DNA of 63,953 nt, counting the filler, from an uncultured bacterium (lineage in GTDB: Bacteria; CAZSTA01): NCBI GenBank assembly GCA_964609495.1. It is 6 parts of 6 records of this genome, joined end to end, with 100 filler letters (N's around TTAATTAATTAA, not from the genome) between each part and the next. Parts side by side here need not be neighbours in the genome. Positions count along the whole stretch, not along the records: positions 47,850 to 59,523 come from CAZSTA010000110.1; 5 more parts are not named here. One strand, written 5' to 3'. Shown here piece by piece: positions 51,171-59,623 of this stretch (position 1 is the stretch's first letter; each line of letters begins with the position of its first letter). The notes beneath the pieces are model-generated. The model was not told the origin of the DNA, ran no database searches, and worked only from the letters and a program-made list of their open reading frames with translations. The position numbers and the translations under genes were made by a program.

Positions 51171-51256
51171 TAAAGGAAACTTTTGCAGGTAATAAAACTC
51201 AAGTGTTCTGGTAACTTTTGCTTCCAAAAATATATAAGGTTAAAAAGTTTCCTTTA
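51171..51256. mobile_element. Composite family D mini-element
   Basis: TA-AAGGAAACTTTT...AAAAGTTTCCTT-TA with a second internal GGTAACTTTTGC half. Confidence 0.72.
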
Positions 51257-51390
51257 CACCCTCCCCTAACCCCTCCCAGCAAGGGAGGGGAAAATAAAGA
51301 GAGTGGTCTTATCTCAATGTTCCCTAAAAGGTAACTTTTTGCTTCAAATAGAACTCACGGTTAAAAAAGTTACCTTTTAGGGTGAGGGGG
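51257..51390. repeat. REP-like doublet interrupted by a family D element
   Basis: First unit intact; the second unit's hairpin is replaced by 51325-51379. Confidence 0.75.
51325..51379. mobile_element. Family D mini-element
   Basis: TA-AAAGGTAACTTTTT...AAAAAGTTACCTTT-TA. Confidence 0.8.
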
Positions 51391-51431
51391 AAATCATATC
51401 TTGAACTAATAATCGAAAAACTAAAGATGGA

Positions 51432-51458
51432 GGCGCCGGGCCTCGAGTTCCCGGCGCC
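51432..51458 (-). terminator. GC-rich hairpin after the binding-protein gene
   Basis: GGCGCCGGG/CCCGGCGCC stem just downstream of the stop. Confidence 0.55.
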
Positions 51459-51469
51459 ACTCCAAGTCA

Positions 51470-52843
51470 CTACTCAGTTACTACCTGTTTCCAAGCCTCA
51501 TCAAGAGCCTTCTGGACATTATCTCTACACTGAATCAGAGCCTCCTCAGCGGACATCTTATGATATAGAGCCGCTTCAGTAGCCGCATGCATCTCGTTCC
51601 AGTAGGTAAGGCCTACCATTCCCATCTCCTGACCACAACCATGCGTCCAGTTGAGGGCATCAACGGAGAGACGATACTCTTCCTGGAACTTGGGAGGCAG
51701 AAGAGGAACAAATTCATCCTCTAACATCTTAACCGCAGCTTTGTTGGTTGCTAGGGGAGGAACAAAGACTGGCTCCCCAGGAAGCTGCTGTCTCTTCCAC
51801 TCCTTCGCTCTAATTTCCATTCCCGCGGTAGCTCTAGCTTTGTAACCCCCGGGACCAGTGAGCCACTTGGTGAAGATCCAAGCCGCTTCGGGATTCTTGG
51901 TATCTCTAGAGATAGCGATGGATCCACCACAGGACCAGGTGGTCTTTACCCCCGACTCGGTATTGGGGATAGGCATAGCTGACATACCATATTCGAGATC
52001 GGGGAAGGTAGCGAAGTCGCTAAGGTTCCAGTTTCCATTACCTTGCATCGCTAGTTTTCCAGTCACGAAGGGGTTCTGAGCGGCGGTTTGGAAGCCTTGT
52101 AGGAAGCTGGCTGCGGTCTCCATTCCACCAGTATATTTGTCGTAGAAGTCAACCATCCACTCCAGAGCATAGACGATTCGGGGATCATCGGAGGTGCATT
52201 TCTTCTGTTCTTTGTCAAGGAACTCGCCACCATTCAGCCATCCATAGAGCCAGGTCCAGGTATTTCCGTAGTAGGGTAAGAAGCCCTGCTGCTCATAATT
52301 CCCCTTGGTATCCTTCTTAGTAAGCTTAACGGTGAACTCTGCTAATTCATCCCAGGTCTTAGGAGGAACTTCGGGATCAAGACCGACCTCCTTGAATAAC
52401 TCCTTATTCCAGTAGAGGAAGCGAGTATCGGTATCCCAGGGAAGGGCGTACTGTTTCCCCGCCCAAGAACTCTCTATCCATTGGACTGGATACCAATCGT
52501 CAGCGGTCATACCGTCTTTCTCAATAAGATCTGTCAGATCGTAGAAGGGACCTCTTGAAGCCCACTGCTTGAACTGGTGTCTATTCTGGAGCGAGACATC
52601 AGGAGCGTTTCCTGCGGCGATCGCGGCTAGGAACTTCTCACTGGTGGAAGCCCACTCATCGGAAATAAGGGATTCCTTGACCTTGATATCGGGATGCTGA
52701 TTCTCGAACTCCCGATATACCGCAATATCCTCTGGCCCTATCCAGCCCCAATAGCTTATAGTTGTCTTTTGAGCTGAAGTAGGCATAGCGATAACACCTA
52801 TTAATAGGCTTACTGTTGCTATCAAGAATAATGTCTTCTTCAC
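51470..52843 (-). CDS. Carbohydrate ABC (CUT1) substrate-binding protein
   Basis: Signal peptide ending TSA; AIAAGNAPDV; LYWNKELF..GLDP..PPKTWDEL. Confidence 0.92.
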   Translation of the reverse strand: MKKTLFLIATVSLLIGVIAMPTSAQKTTISYWGWIGPEDIAVYREFENQHPDIKVKESLISDEWASTSEKFLAAIAAGNAPDVSLQNRHQFKQWASRGPFYDLTDLIEKDGMTADDWYPVQWIESSWAGKQYALPWDTDTRFLYWNKELFKEVGLDPEVPPKTWDELAEFTVKLTKKDTKGNYEQQGFLPYYGNTWTWLYGWLNGGEFLDKEQKKCTSDDPRIVYALEWMVDFYDKYTGGMETAASFLQGFQTAAQNPFVTGKLAMQGNGNWNLSDFATFPDLEYGMSAMPIPNTESGVKTTWSCGGSIAISRDTKNPEAAWIFTKWLTGPGGYKARATAGMEIRAKEWKRQQLPGEPVFVPPLATNKAAVKMLEDEFVPLLPPKFQEEYRLSVDALNWTHGCGQEMGMVGLTYWNEMHAATEAALYHKMSAEEALIQCRDNVQKALDEAWKQVVTE

Positions 52844-53006
52844 AATATTTTACCTCCTTTTATGGATTCGATTTCATCTTGTTACACATCTCTAATCTAT
52901 TCTATAACTCATCTTGAAACTTGAAAGCTTGGCAATCCCCCCTTTCGATCGTCAAATTATAATCATCCTTTACTCAAGCAGATTAATCATAAATTCTAAA
53001 AATAAA

Positions 53007-53214
53007 AGCTCATATTCGCATAAGGTGCGCTAGACCGATCTAATATGAGTGAAGGGAATAATTTTCCCCCTCACCCTATCCCTCTTCCCTCGTGGGAGAG
53101 GGAACATCCAGATAGGACTGCTCTTCTTATTCCCCTCCCTCGATGGGAGGGATTATTAGGGGAGGGTGATTTAAATTTGAAACCTCGGCTAAGCACGCTA
53201 CTCTAATATGAGCG
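53007..53214. mobile_element. MITE family A, copy 2
   Basis: Colinear with 6647-6850; ends AGCTCATATT/AATATGAGCG; flanks AAAATAAA and AAAGCAAA (6/8 match). Confidence 0.85.
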
Positions 53215-53264
53215 AAAGCAAAACTACCATCCTGAAAATCTCGAGATGGGAATAACTGAGATCG

Positions 53265-54113
53265 TTATCCCTTCATTCCCGTCAAAGTTATCCCTTGAAT
53301 ATAGGTTCGCTGAGTGAAGAAGAATAGGATTATGATCGGTATGGTGATCACCACTGAAGTAGCCATCAACAATGACCATTCCGCTCCATATTGACGCTGG
53401 AACTGTTGCAAGCCCAGAGATAAGGTATATTTAGTATCATCTTTTAAATATATAAGGGGAGCGAGAAAATCATGCCAGTGAGCGACGAAACTAAATAGGG
53501 CTACGGTAGCCAAAGCTGGTTTGGACAGAGGCAATATTACCCTTCGATATATACCTAGCTCCGAACACCCGTCTATCCTCGCCGCATCGGCAAGCTCTAT
53601 GGGAATGGTCATAAAGAATTGACGGAGTAGAAATATATAAAAGGGACTGCCGAAGTAATAGGGTATGATAAGCGGCCTAAATGTATTCAACCAGTTCAGC
53701 TTCTTAAATACGATGAAGAGCGGGATCATAGTTACCTGATAGGGGATCATCATCGTAGAGAGCATCACGATGAAGAAGATATCCCTCCCATCCCAATCGA
53801 TACGAGCAAAACTATACGCCACTAGACTGCAAGAGATAAGAGTTCCTAGAGTGGCGAATGTACATATAGTTAGAGTATTCTTAAGATAGGTGAAGAAGGT
53901 GATATATTGTAGAGCTTTAGGATAATTCGACCACTGAATCGGATTGGGGATCCACACGGGAGGGAATTTATACAGCAGGTGATCTGGCTTGAGGGAGGTT
54001 GAGACCAGCCATAAGAACGGTAAAATATAGATCACGGATAGCCCGCTTAATATAATATAAGCTAGAACCTTTGATATTAACTTTGCTCTCTTGCCTCTTT
54101 TGGTAACAGTCAT
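53265..54113 (-). CDS. Carbohydrate ABC permease (MalG-like)
   Basis: ELADAARIDG, WHDFLAPLIYL. Confidence 0.95.
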   Translation of the reverse strand: MTVTKRGKRAKLISKVLAYIILSGLSVIYILPFLWLVSTSLKPDHLLYKFPPVWIPNPIQWSNYPKALQYITFFTYLKNTLTICTFATLGTLISCSLVAYSFARIDWDGRDIFFIVMLSTMMIPYQVTMIPLFIVFKKLNWLNTFRPLIIPYYFGSPFYIFLLRQFFMTIPIELADAARIDGCSELGIYRRVILPLSKPALATVALFSFVAHWHDFLAPLIYLKDDTKYTLSLGLQQFQRQYGAEWSLLMATSVVITIPIIILFFFTQRTYIQGITLTGMKG

Positions 54114-55058
54114 CTATCTTCTTATTCCCCCTTCGTAATATACCCAACTAGCGGAACTCTTGAAGACGATCAGGGTAGCTAGTAGTATAAGCACGAACAG
54201 TATCCAAGCCATCGCCGAGGCATATCCCATCTTGAAGTAGGCAAAAGCATTTTGGAATAGATAGATCGAATAGAAGAGGGTGGAGTTACGCGGACTCCCC
54301 GGAGGAACATTGCTTCCCACTCCTCTGGTCATAATATAGGGAGCGGTGAAGTATTGGAATGTTCCAATGAGACCCATAATCAAGTTGAAGAGTATGGTAG
54401 GGGAGAGCATCGGGATAGTAACGTTCCAGAACTTATTCCACCAATTAGCTCCATCGATCTCCGCCGCTTCATATAGCTGAAGAGGGATACCCTTCAATCC
54501 CGCTAGGTATATAAGAACTGCTCCTCCTACTGCCCAGGTATTCATCATAATGAGAGCAGGTTTTGACCATTTGGGATCGACCAGCCAGCCGGGGCCATTT
54601 ATCCCGATTTTATAGAGAAGGACGTTTACCATACCATATTGAGGATTTAGAATCCACATCCATAGCACTGCTGATGCTACTGCCGGCATTATAGAAGGCA
54701 GATAGAATATAGTTCTATAGGTCGTCATCCCTTTGACATCTAAGTTGAGAAGCATCGCGATAGTCAAGCTCACTATCAGACCTAGAGGTAAACCAATTAG
54801 AACCATATAGAGGGTATTCTTGATGCTTATCCAGAATAGGTCATCTTCAAGAAATAGGGTTTTGAAGTTATATAATCCTCTCCATTGGGGCGCCTGAATT
54901 ATATTATAATTAGTGAAGCTGTAATAGAGGGATGTAGCGATAGGATAGATGGTAAAGATCAGAAAGCCTATCATCCAGGGACTCGCGAAGAGGACTCCAT
55001 TTCTGAAGTTGATTATGCGTCTGCGACTAGAACGACTTTTTCTTCCAGTTCGTGACAT
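54114..55058 (-). CDS. Carbohydrate ABC permease (MalF-like)
   Basis: YLAGLKGIPLQLYEAAEIDGA, MGYASAMAW. Confidence 0.95.
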   Translation of the reverse strand: MSRTGRKSRSSRRRIINFRNGVLFASPWMIGFLIFTIYPIATSLYYSFTNYNIIQAPQWRGLYNFKTLFLEDDLFWISIKNTLYMVLIGLPLGLIVSLTIAMLLNLDVKGMTTYRTIFYLPSIMPAVASAVLWMWILNPQYGMVNVLLYKIGINGPGWLVDPKWSKPALIMMNTWAVGGAVLIYLAGLKGIPLQLYEAAEIDGANWWNKFWNVTIPMLSPTILFNLIMGLIGTFQYFTAPYIMTRGVGSNVPPGSPRNSTLFYSIYLFQNAFAYFKMGYASAMAWILFVLILLATLIVFKSSASWVYYEGGIRR

Positions 55059-55077
55059 CTCTCATTACCCCTCCTAT

Positions 55078-55124
55078 AAGGAAACTTTTTTATCTTGAGT
55101 TTTATTGCCGGCAAAAGTTTCCTT
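55078..55124. mobile_element. Family D mini-element
   Basis: AAGGAAACTTTT...AAAAGTTTCCTT; its reverse complement matches the left part of 51171-51256. Confidence 0.75.
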
Positions 55125-55135
55125 TTTTTGTCTGA

Positions 55136-55855
55136 TCACGTTTGAGACAAAACCTTCAAATACTCCTTCACGGTATTGAACAGACCCATCTCCAACGCAT
55201 CAGCGATAAGCGCGTGGCCGATGGATACCTCAAGTATTCCGGGAATGGAGCAGAATTTGGCAAGATTTTGCAAGTTCAAATCATGTCCAGCATTCATTCC
55301 TAAGCCGATTTCTTGAGCCTTCTGTGCTGCGCGAGCATATCGCTGAAATACCGGCTCCACATTACCCTTACGGAAGGCTGTCGCATAGGATTCAGTATAT
55401 AGCTCAATGCGATCAGTACCAACTTCTTTTGCTCGTTGAATCTGATCTATATCAGGATCCATAAACAGACTCACTCGGATTCCTAGATCTTTCAACTCTT
55501 GGATGATTGGCATGAGATGTTTGCCATGTTCAAAAAGGTCCCATCCGTGGTCTGACGTGAACGCACCAGGGGCATCAGGCACCAGGGTACACTGCGTCGG
55601 CTTCACCTTTCGGATCATCTCCATGTATTGAGGAAATGGGTTGCCTTCTATGTTGAACTCAACGGTCAACATCTCTGCCAGTTCATAGACATCCGAGGGC
55701 TTGATGTGTCGTTGATCCGGGCGCGGATGAACGGTTATACCATGCGCACCGGCTCTGATACATGTGCGCGCCGCATCGATGACGCTTGGAATCCCAATCG
55801 TCCGAGTGTTCCTGAGCAACGCGACCTTATTGAGGTTAACGCTAAGCTTAGTCAT
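55136..55855 (-). CDS. pdxJ: Pyridoxine 5'-phosphate synthase
   Basis: LSVNLNKVA..RN, GITVHPRPDQRHI, NIEG, RIELYT, NAGHDL, EVSIGHA. Confidence 0.96.
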   Translation of the reverse strand: MTKLSVNLNKVALLRNTRTIGIPSVIDAARTCIRAGAHGITVHPRPDQRHIKPSDVYELAEMLTVEFNIEGNPFPQYMEMIRKVKPTQCTLVPDAPGAFTSDHGWDLFEHGKHLMPIIQELKDLGIRVSLFMDPDIDQIQRAKEVGTDRIELYTESYATAFRKGNVEPVFQRYARAAQKAQEIGLGMNAGHDLNLQNLAKFCSIPGILEVSIGHALIADALEMGLFNTVKEYLKVLSQT

Positions 55856-56073
55856 CTCGTGCTCCTTTCAGGATTGAGTAGGATATCACCCTTGCATGGT
55901 GTTAACCTTTCAAATGAATTATAGAATCGAGGATTCTTTCTCTAATGATTGCTATGCTAATTGAGAAATCAGCTTTTACTGTTTTTATGTATTCTAGATA
56001 TTCGCCTCCGAATTTTTCAATGAGCATACTCTCTTCGACTTTTATCCGATACAAAATGCAAGGAACGAATTAG

Positions 56074-56853
56074 TTATTCTCTATCCAACTTTTCGAGCAA
56101 ATTGTCTATTCCTAGAGTTTCAGCCCAATGCTTAAGATAGACTTTATCTAATTGATCCGCTTGTATCTGATAGATGCCCCTAGCATCTTCATAGTGTTTG
56201 TCGGATTTAGAATCTCGATACCACACAAGTTCGATGAGGATCAAATCCTCTGCGGTGCTGAGGCAGACATCCCTTCCAAAGATGTGATAAGATCTTCGCC
56301 TTTGGAATCTCATTTCATCAAACGATTCTCTTTTAACCAGCCAAAAACCAACTTTAAATCCGCTATCCAGATGAATCGAACTAAATTGAGAGCGATTGTA
56401 TATAGCCTCTCTGATCATATCTCGATCGAGGTAGAATCGATCTTCTAAAGCCGAGGCTAAGCTCTCTACTTTCCGCTCATCTATTTCGATTATAAGATCA
56501 ACATCATGGGTAAATCTGGGCTTACCATAATAATTGCAAGCTATAGAGCCGGTGATCATATAGAGGATATTAAGATGATCTAATGTCTTGGTGATGAATA
56601 CTATTACTTCTTCTTGAATCATCTCTTCGTTTTGCTTGAGGTGTATCCTCACCTTTTGCCACAGATCTTTGGGGAGAAATCGTTGACCTGCCTTTATATC
56701 GAGTTCTTGATCGGTGAGGGATTGGTTGCGAAGCGAGGTTATAACCATCTTCCGACCCATCTCACAAAGCTCAGCTCCGATTTGCACTCGCTTTTGACCG
56801 CTCATCTTGCTGAGTATCTCAATCTGTTTTCGTTCTGCATCTACTACTTTCAT
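56074..56853 (-). CDS. Small helical domain fused to a pol-beta-type nucleotidyltransferase (TA-like module, possibly decaying)
   Basis: YMITGSIA..YYG.PR.THDVDL NTase motif, TAEDLIL, LDKVYL..WA..LG; extra N-terminal 78 aa. Confidence 0.7.
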   Translation of the reverse strand: MKVVDAERKQIEILSKMSGQKRVQIGAELCEMGRKMVITSLRNQSLTDQELDIKAGQRFLPKDLWQKVRIHLKQNEEMIQEEVIVFITKTLDHLNILYMITGSIACNYYGKPRFTHDVDLIIEIDERKVESLASALEDRFYLDRDMIREAIYNRSQFSSIHLDSGFKVGFWLVKRESFDEMRFQRRRSYHIFGRDVCLSTAEDLILIELVWYRDSKSDKHYEDARGIYQIQADQLDKVYLKHWAETLGIDNLLEKLDRE

Positions 56854-56868
56854 AATCCGATAAAATAC

Positions 56869-56895
56869 GATGCAGGAGGGATAACCTCCTGCATC
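56869..56895 (-). terminator. Hairpin or terminator after the binding-protein gene
   Basis: 11-bp stem GATGCAGGAGG/CCTCCTGCATC followed by GTATTTT on the minus strand. Confidence 0.65.
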
Positions 56896-56906
56896 ATTAG
56901 CTCAAC

Positions 56907-58181
56907 TTATTTGCCTAGCACCATATCAAGTTCCTTCTGAATCTTCTCGGTCACAGCCGCTAGAGCCGCGGCCGCCTCCGCATCTCCGTGCTTTACCGCA
57001 TCCTCAGCTTGTCCTACCTCATTCGAAAGCATTTCATATACTGCGATCGGAACAGCACCAAAAGCGTTTGGTCCCTCCAGAAGCTTAAGTCCGAACTTCA
57101 AGATGGGAACTTTCTCCAACAGCTCTGCATCCTTCGCTACCGCGTGGCGAGGAGGCATATTGGTGAAGACTATCGCTATCTTTTTGGTGGCATAGGATCC
57201 AGTGACCCACTCTATGAATTCCCAAGCCTCATCAGGATTCTCGCTTCCCTTGGGGATGGTGAACATACTGCCGGCGAAGTCAGTAACATTCTTACGACCT
57301 CCCTCGGGATAGGGGTAGGGAAATGGCGCCCACTTAACATCTGGACCATACTTCTCCCCGAATTGCTGGATCCACTCCCCATAATCCTGCATTGCTAGCT
57401 TGCCAGCGAAGAAGGGGTTAGCGGGGCTCCAGTAGTTTCCAAATCCTGCGGAAAATTGATCCACCTTATTTACATCATATTTACTTACGAAATCAGCTAA
57501 CCACTGGAGAGCCTCTACATTCTTGGGATGATCAGCGGTGATCTTTCCGGTTGCCTCATCATACCAACTGCCCCCGAAGACGTAATTCCACTTTATAAGT
57601 CCACCAGGGATGTAACCAAATCTGGTGAAATTACCTCGGTTATCCTTTATCGTTACCTTCTCGGTATATTCTTCCAGCTCATCAGTGGTGATCGGAGGCT
57701 TCTCGGGGTCTAATCCTGCCTCGGCGAACATATCCTTATTGTAAACTGTGAAGTGGGTATTAGTGGTAGCCGCTAGAGCCCATATACTATCTTTGTAGTA
57801 GAAGCTCTCCCATAGAGCGGGGAAGAAATCCTCTGCCTTGACTTTATCGGAAGCCTCGACGTATTCGTCTAAAGAAAGTAATGCTCCCCTCTCAGCCAAA
57901 GCTGCCAACTGAGAATCCCATACCGCGGATACCACATCAGGAGCTTCCCCTCCGGCGATAGCCGTCAGGAGCTTCTCATAAGCCCCGAAGATGGTGGTGG
58001 TCTTTACTACGAAGTCGGGATTAGCCTCGTTGAACTCCTCGATGATCACTTTAAGATCCTCAAGTTCGGTTCCACCCCAGCCAGACCAATACTCGATTTC
58101 CTTCTTAGCGGCCAAGGTGGTAAAGCTGAGCGTTAAAGCTACCATTAGCACAATTACCAGTAATGTGGACTTCTTAAACAT
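56907..58181 (-). CDS. Carbohydrate ABC (CUT1) substrate-binding protein
   Basis: Signal peptide ending TLA; KLLTAIAGGEAPDV; YNKDMFAEAGLDPEKPP. Confidence 0.92.
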   Translation of the reverse strand: MFKKSTLLVIVLMVALTLSFTTLAAKKEIEYWSGWGGTELEDLKVIIEEFNEANPDFVVKTTTIFGAYEKLLTAIAGGEAPDVVSAVWDSQLAALAERGALLSLDEYVEASDKVKAEDFFPALWESFYYKDSIWALAATTNTHFTVYNKDMFAEAGLDPEKPPITTDELEEYTEKVTIKDNRGNFTRFGYIPGGLIKWNYVFGGSWYDEATGKITADHPKNVEALQWLADFVSKYDVNKVDQFSAGFGNYWSPANPFFAGKLAMQDYGEWIQQFGEKYGPDVKWAPFPYPYPEGGRKNVTDFAGSMFTIPKGSENPDEAWEFIEWVTGSYATKKIAIVFTNMPPRHAVAKDAELLEKVPILKFGLKLLEGPNAFGAVPIAVYEMLSNEVGQAEDAVKHGDAEAAAALAAVTEKIQKELDMVLGK

Positions 58182-58305
58182 TTTCGAACCTCCTTTACTA
58201 ATTTAAGATCAGCATTTTGGAACAGCGATTTACTCCTCTTCTTATATCTACCTCCTTTCCAATCATAATATCAGATGAAATATGAAGCTAACTGATAGCA
58301 AATCT

Positions 58306-58334
58306 ATTATAGCATCTTTAACTTAAGATGTCAA
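58306..58334 (-). promoter_or_regulatory. Consensus sigma70 promoter with palindromic spacer
   Basis: TTGACA-17-TATAAT with extended -10; CATCTT(T)AAC-TTAAGATG imperfect palindrome covers the spacer. Confidence 0.78.
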
Positions 58335-58384
58335 TAGGAGTCAGTAGGTAATTATAAGCATTAAAATTTCGTGCTGAGAAGATG

Positions 58385-58452
58385 TTAAGAGATGAGTTCA
58401 AGACCTAATCCGATCTCGAACATCTCAGACAAAAAATTTTGAAACTACTTAA
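58385..58452 (-). repeat. Partial family B element
   Basis: Reverse complement matches 30381-30457 (TAGTTTCAA...TTTTGTCTGAGATGTTCGAGATC.GATTAG..TTGAACTCAT). Confidence 0.75.
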
Positions 58453-58467
58453 AATTAATAAAAGGGC

Positions 58468-58496
58468 TTGACAGAATTTGATAGAGGGTTTATAAT
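58468..58496 (+). promoter_or_regulatory. Consensus sigma70 promoter (divergent)
   Basis: TTGACA-17-TATAAT. Confidence 0.72.
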
Positions 58497-58792
58497 GAAA
58501 ACAACACTTTTCAGCAGGTGCGTTTTTTTATCTTCTAATAAAGCGGCTCTTTTCGAATATAAAGAGCCTATCTTCTGCGTTATAGATGTTCGAAGTGTTT
58601 ATCAATTTCTAGCAAAGAAGCGAGCTGGAGCTAAGATAAGGCTTAAGACTAGGGAGTTTATTAAGGGAGTTAAAGCTCTGACCTCGGAGGGGAAGAAGTT
58701 GGGCGATGAGAGTGTTGCGAAGCGATCCTTCCCTTATCTCTTTAGCTACTGGGAAGTTATTCAAGAGCATACTATCCCTAAATCTCCCCCAA

Positions 58793-59419
58793 ATGATCGA
58801 TATGGCAGATGAAAGTTCGCTCAAATTTGATGGTCAGCAGAAACTCGCCTGGATGATCTCCAGGATTCTCGATCCTAGCATAGTCCTATCAATTATGATC
58901 GTTATATTGATCTGGCAGAGCAGGGTCGATTTTAAGCAGGGGCTACTTTGGAGTCTTTTACTCTTATGCTTAGCAGTAATTCTCCCTTTGGTGTATGTGT
59001 TATACTTGATGAGGAAAGGGGAGATATCCGATTGGGATATCTCTCATAGGAGGGAGAGATATGCGCTTTTATTCTTCACTATATTTTGTTGGCTATTATC
59101 TGTGCTCATTTTGGTAGTTTTTGGTGGCCCTAAGCTTCTCCTAATCGCAGCGGTCGATGGATTAGCTATACTCAGCGTATATTCGCTTATAACTATTTCC
59201 TGGAAGATAAGTATTCACTCAGGAGCGATAAGTTGCACAGTAACAGTCCTTATTATCTTATTTGGACTTAGTTTATCTCCTCTGATATTATTAGTGTTAG
59301 CTATGATCTGGGCGAGATATAAGATGAGAAAACATACTTTCTTCCAATTGGTAGGAGCTACCTTACTGACAAGTTCGATTACCGTCTTAGTATTCAGCAG
59401 TTTCGGATATCTTAAATAA
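58793..59419 (+). CDS. PAP2-like membrane protein (start uncertain)
   Basis: About 6 TM helices; ISDWDI..R.ER, WKISIH, WARY....HT motifs. Confidence 0.75.
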   Translation: MIDMADESSLKFDGQQKLAWMISRILDPSIVLSIMIVILIWQSRVDFKQGLLWSLLLLCLAVILPLVYVLYLMRKGEISDWDISHRRERYALLFFTIFCWLLSVLILVVFGGPKLLLIAAVDGLAILSVYSLITISWKISIHSGAISCTVTVLIILFGLSLSPLILLVLAMIWARYKMRKHTFFQLVGATLLTSSITVLVFSSFGYLK

Positions 59420-59467
59420 AGGAAACTTTTGCTTCCAATAAAACTAAAGGTAAAAAAGTTTCCTTTA
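59417..59467. mobile_element. Family D mini-element
   Basis: TA-AAGGAAACTTTT...AAAAGTTTCCTT-TA; its left end overlaps the TAA stop of the upstream gene. Confidence 0.8.
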
Positions 59468-59468
59468 C

Positions 59469-59523
59469 ACCCTCTCCTCTGAGAGGAGGGGCGGTTAGGA
59501 AAGAGGAGAAGAAACATCCAATA
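59469..59523. repeat. Family C repeat, cut by contig end
   Basis: Identical to 30622-30676. Confidence 0.85.
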
Positions 59524-59623
59524 NNNNNNNNNNNNNNNNNNNNNNNNNNNNNNNNNNNNNNNNNNNNTTAATTAATTAANNNNNNNNNNNNNNNNNNNNN
59601 NNNNNNNNNNNNNNNNNNNNNNN
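59524..59623. other. Artificial contig linker
   Basis: N-run with TTAATTAATTAA. Confidence 0.99.

Noticed and set aside
27184..58181. Missing ATPase genes in the three CUT1 ABC sets
   Set aside because: Normal for CUT1 systems, which often share an MsmK/MsmX-type ATPase encoded elsewhere
58468..58812. 114-aa ORF
   Set aside because: Its TTG start is the -35 box of a consensus promoter and no family is recognisable; a shorter ORF in its 3' part cannot be excluded
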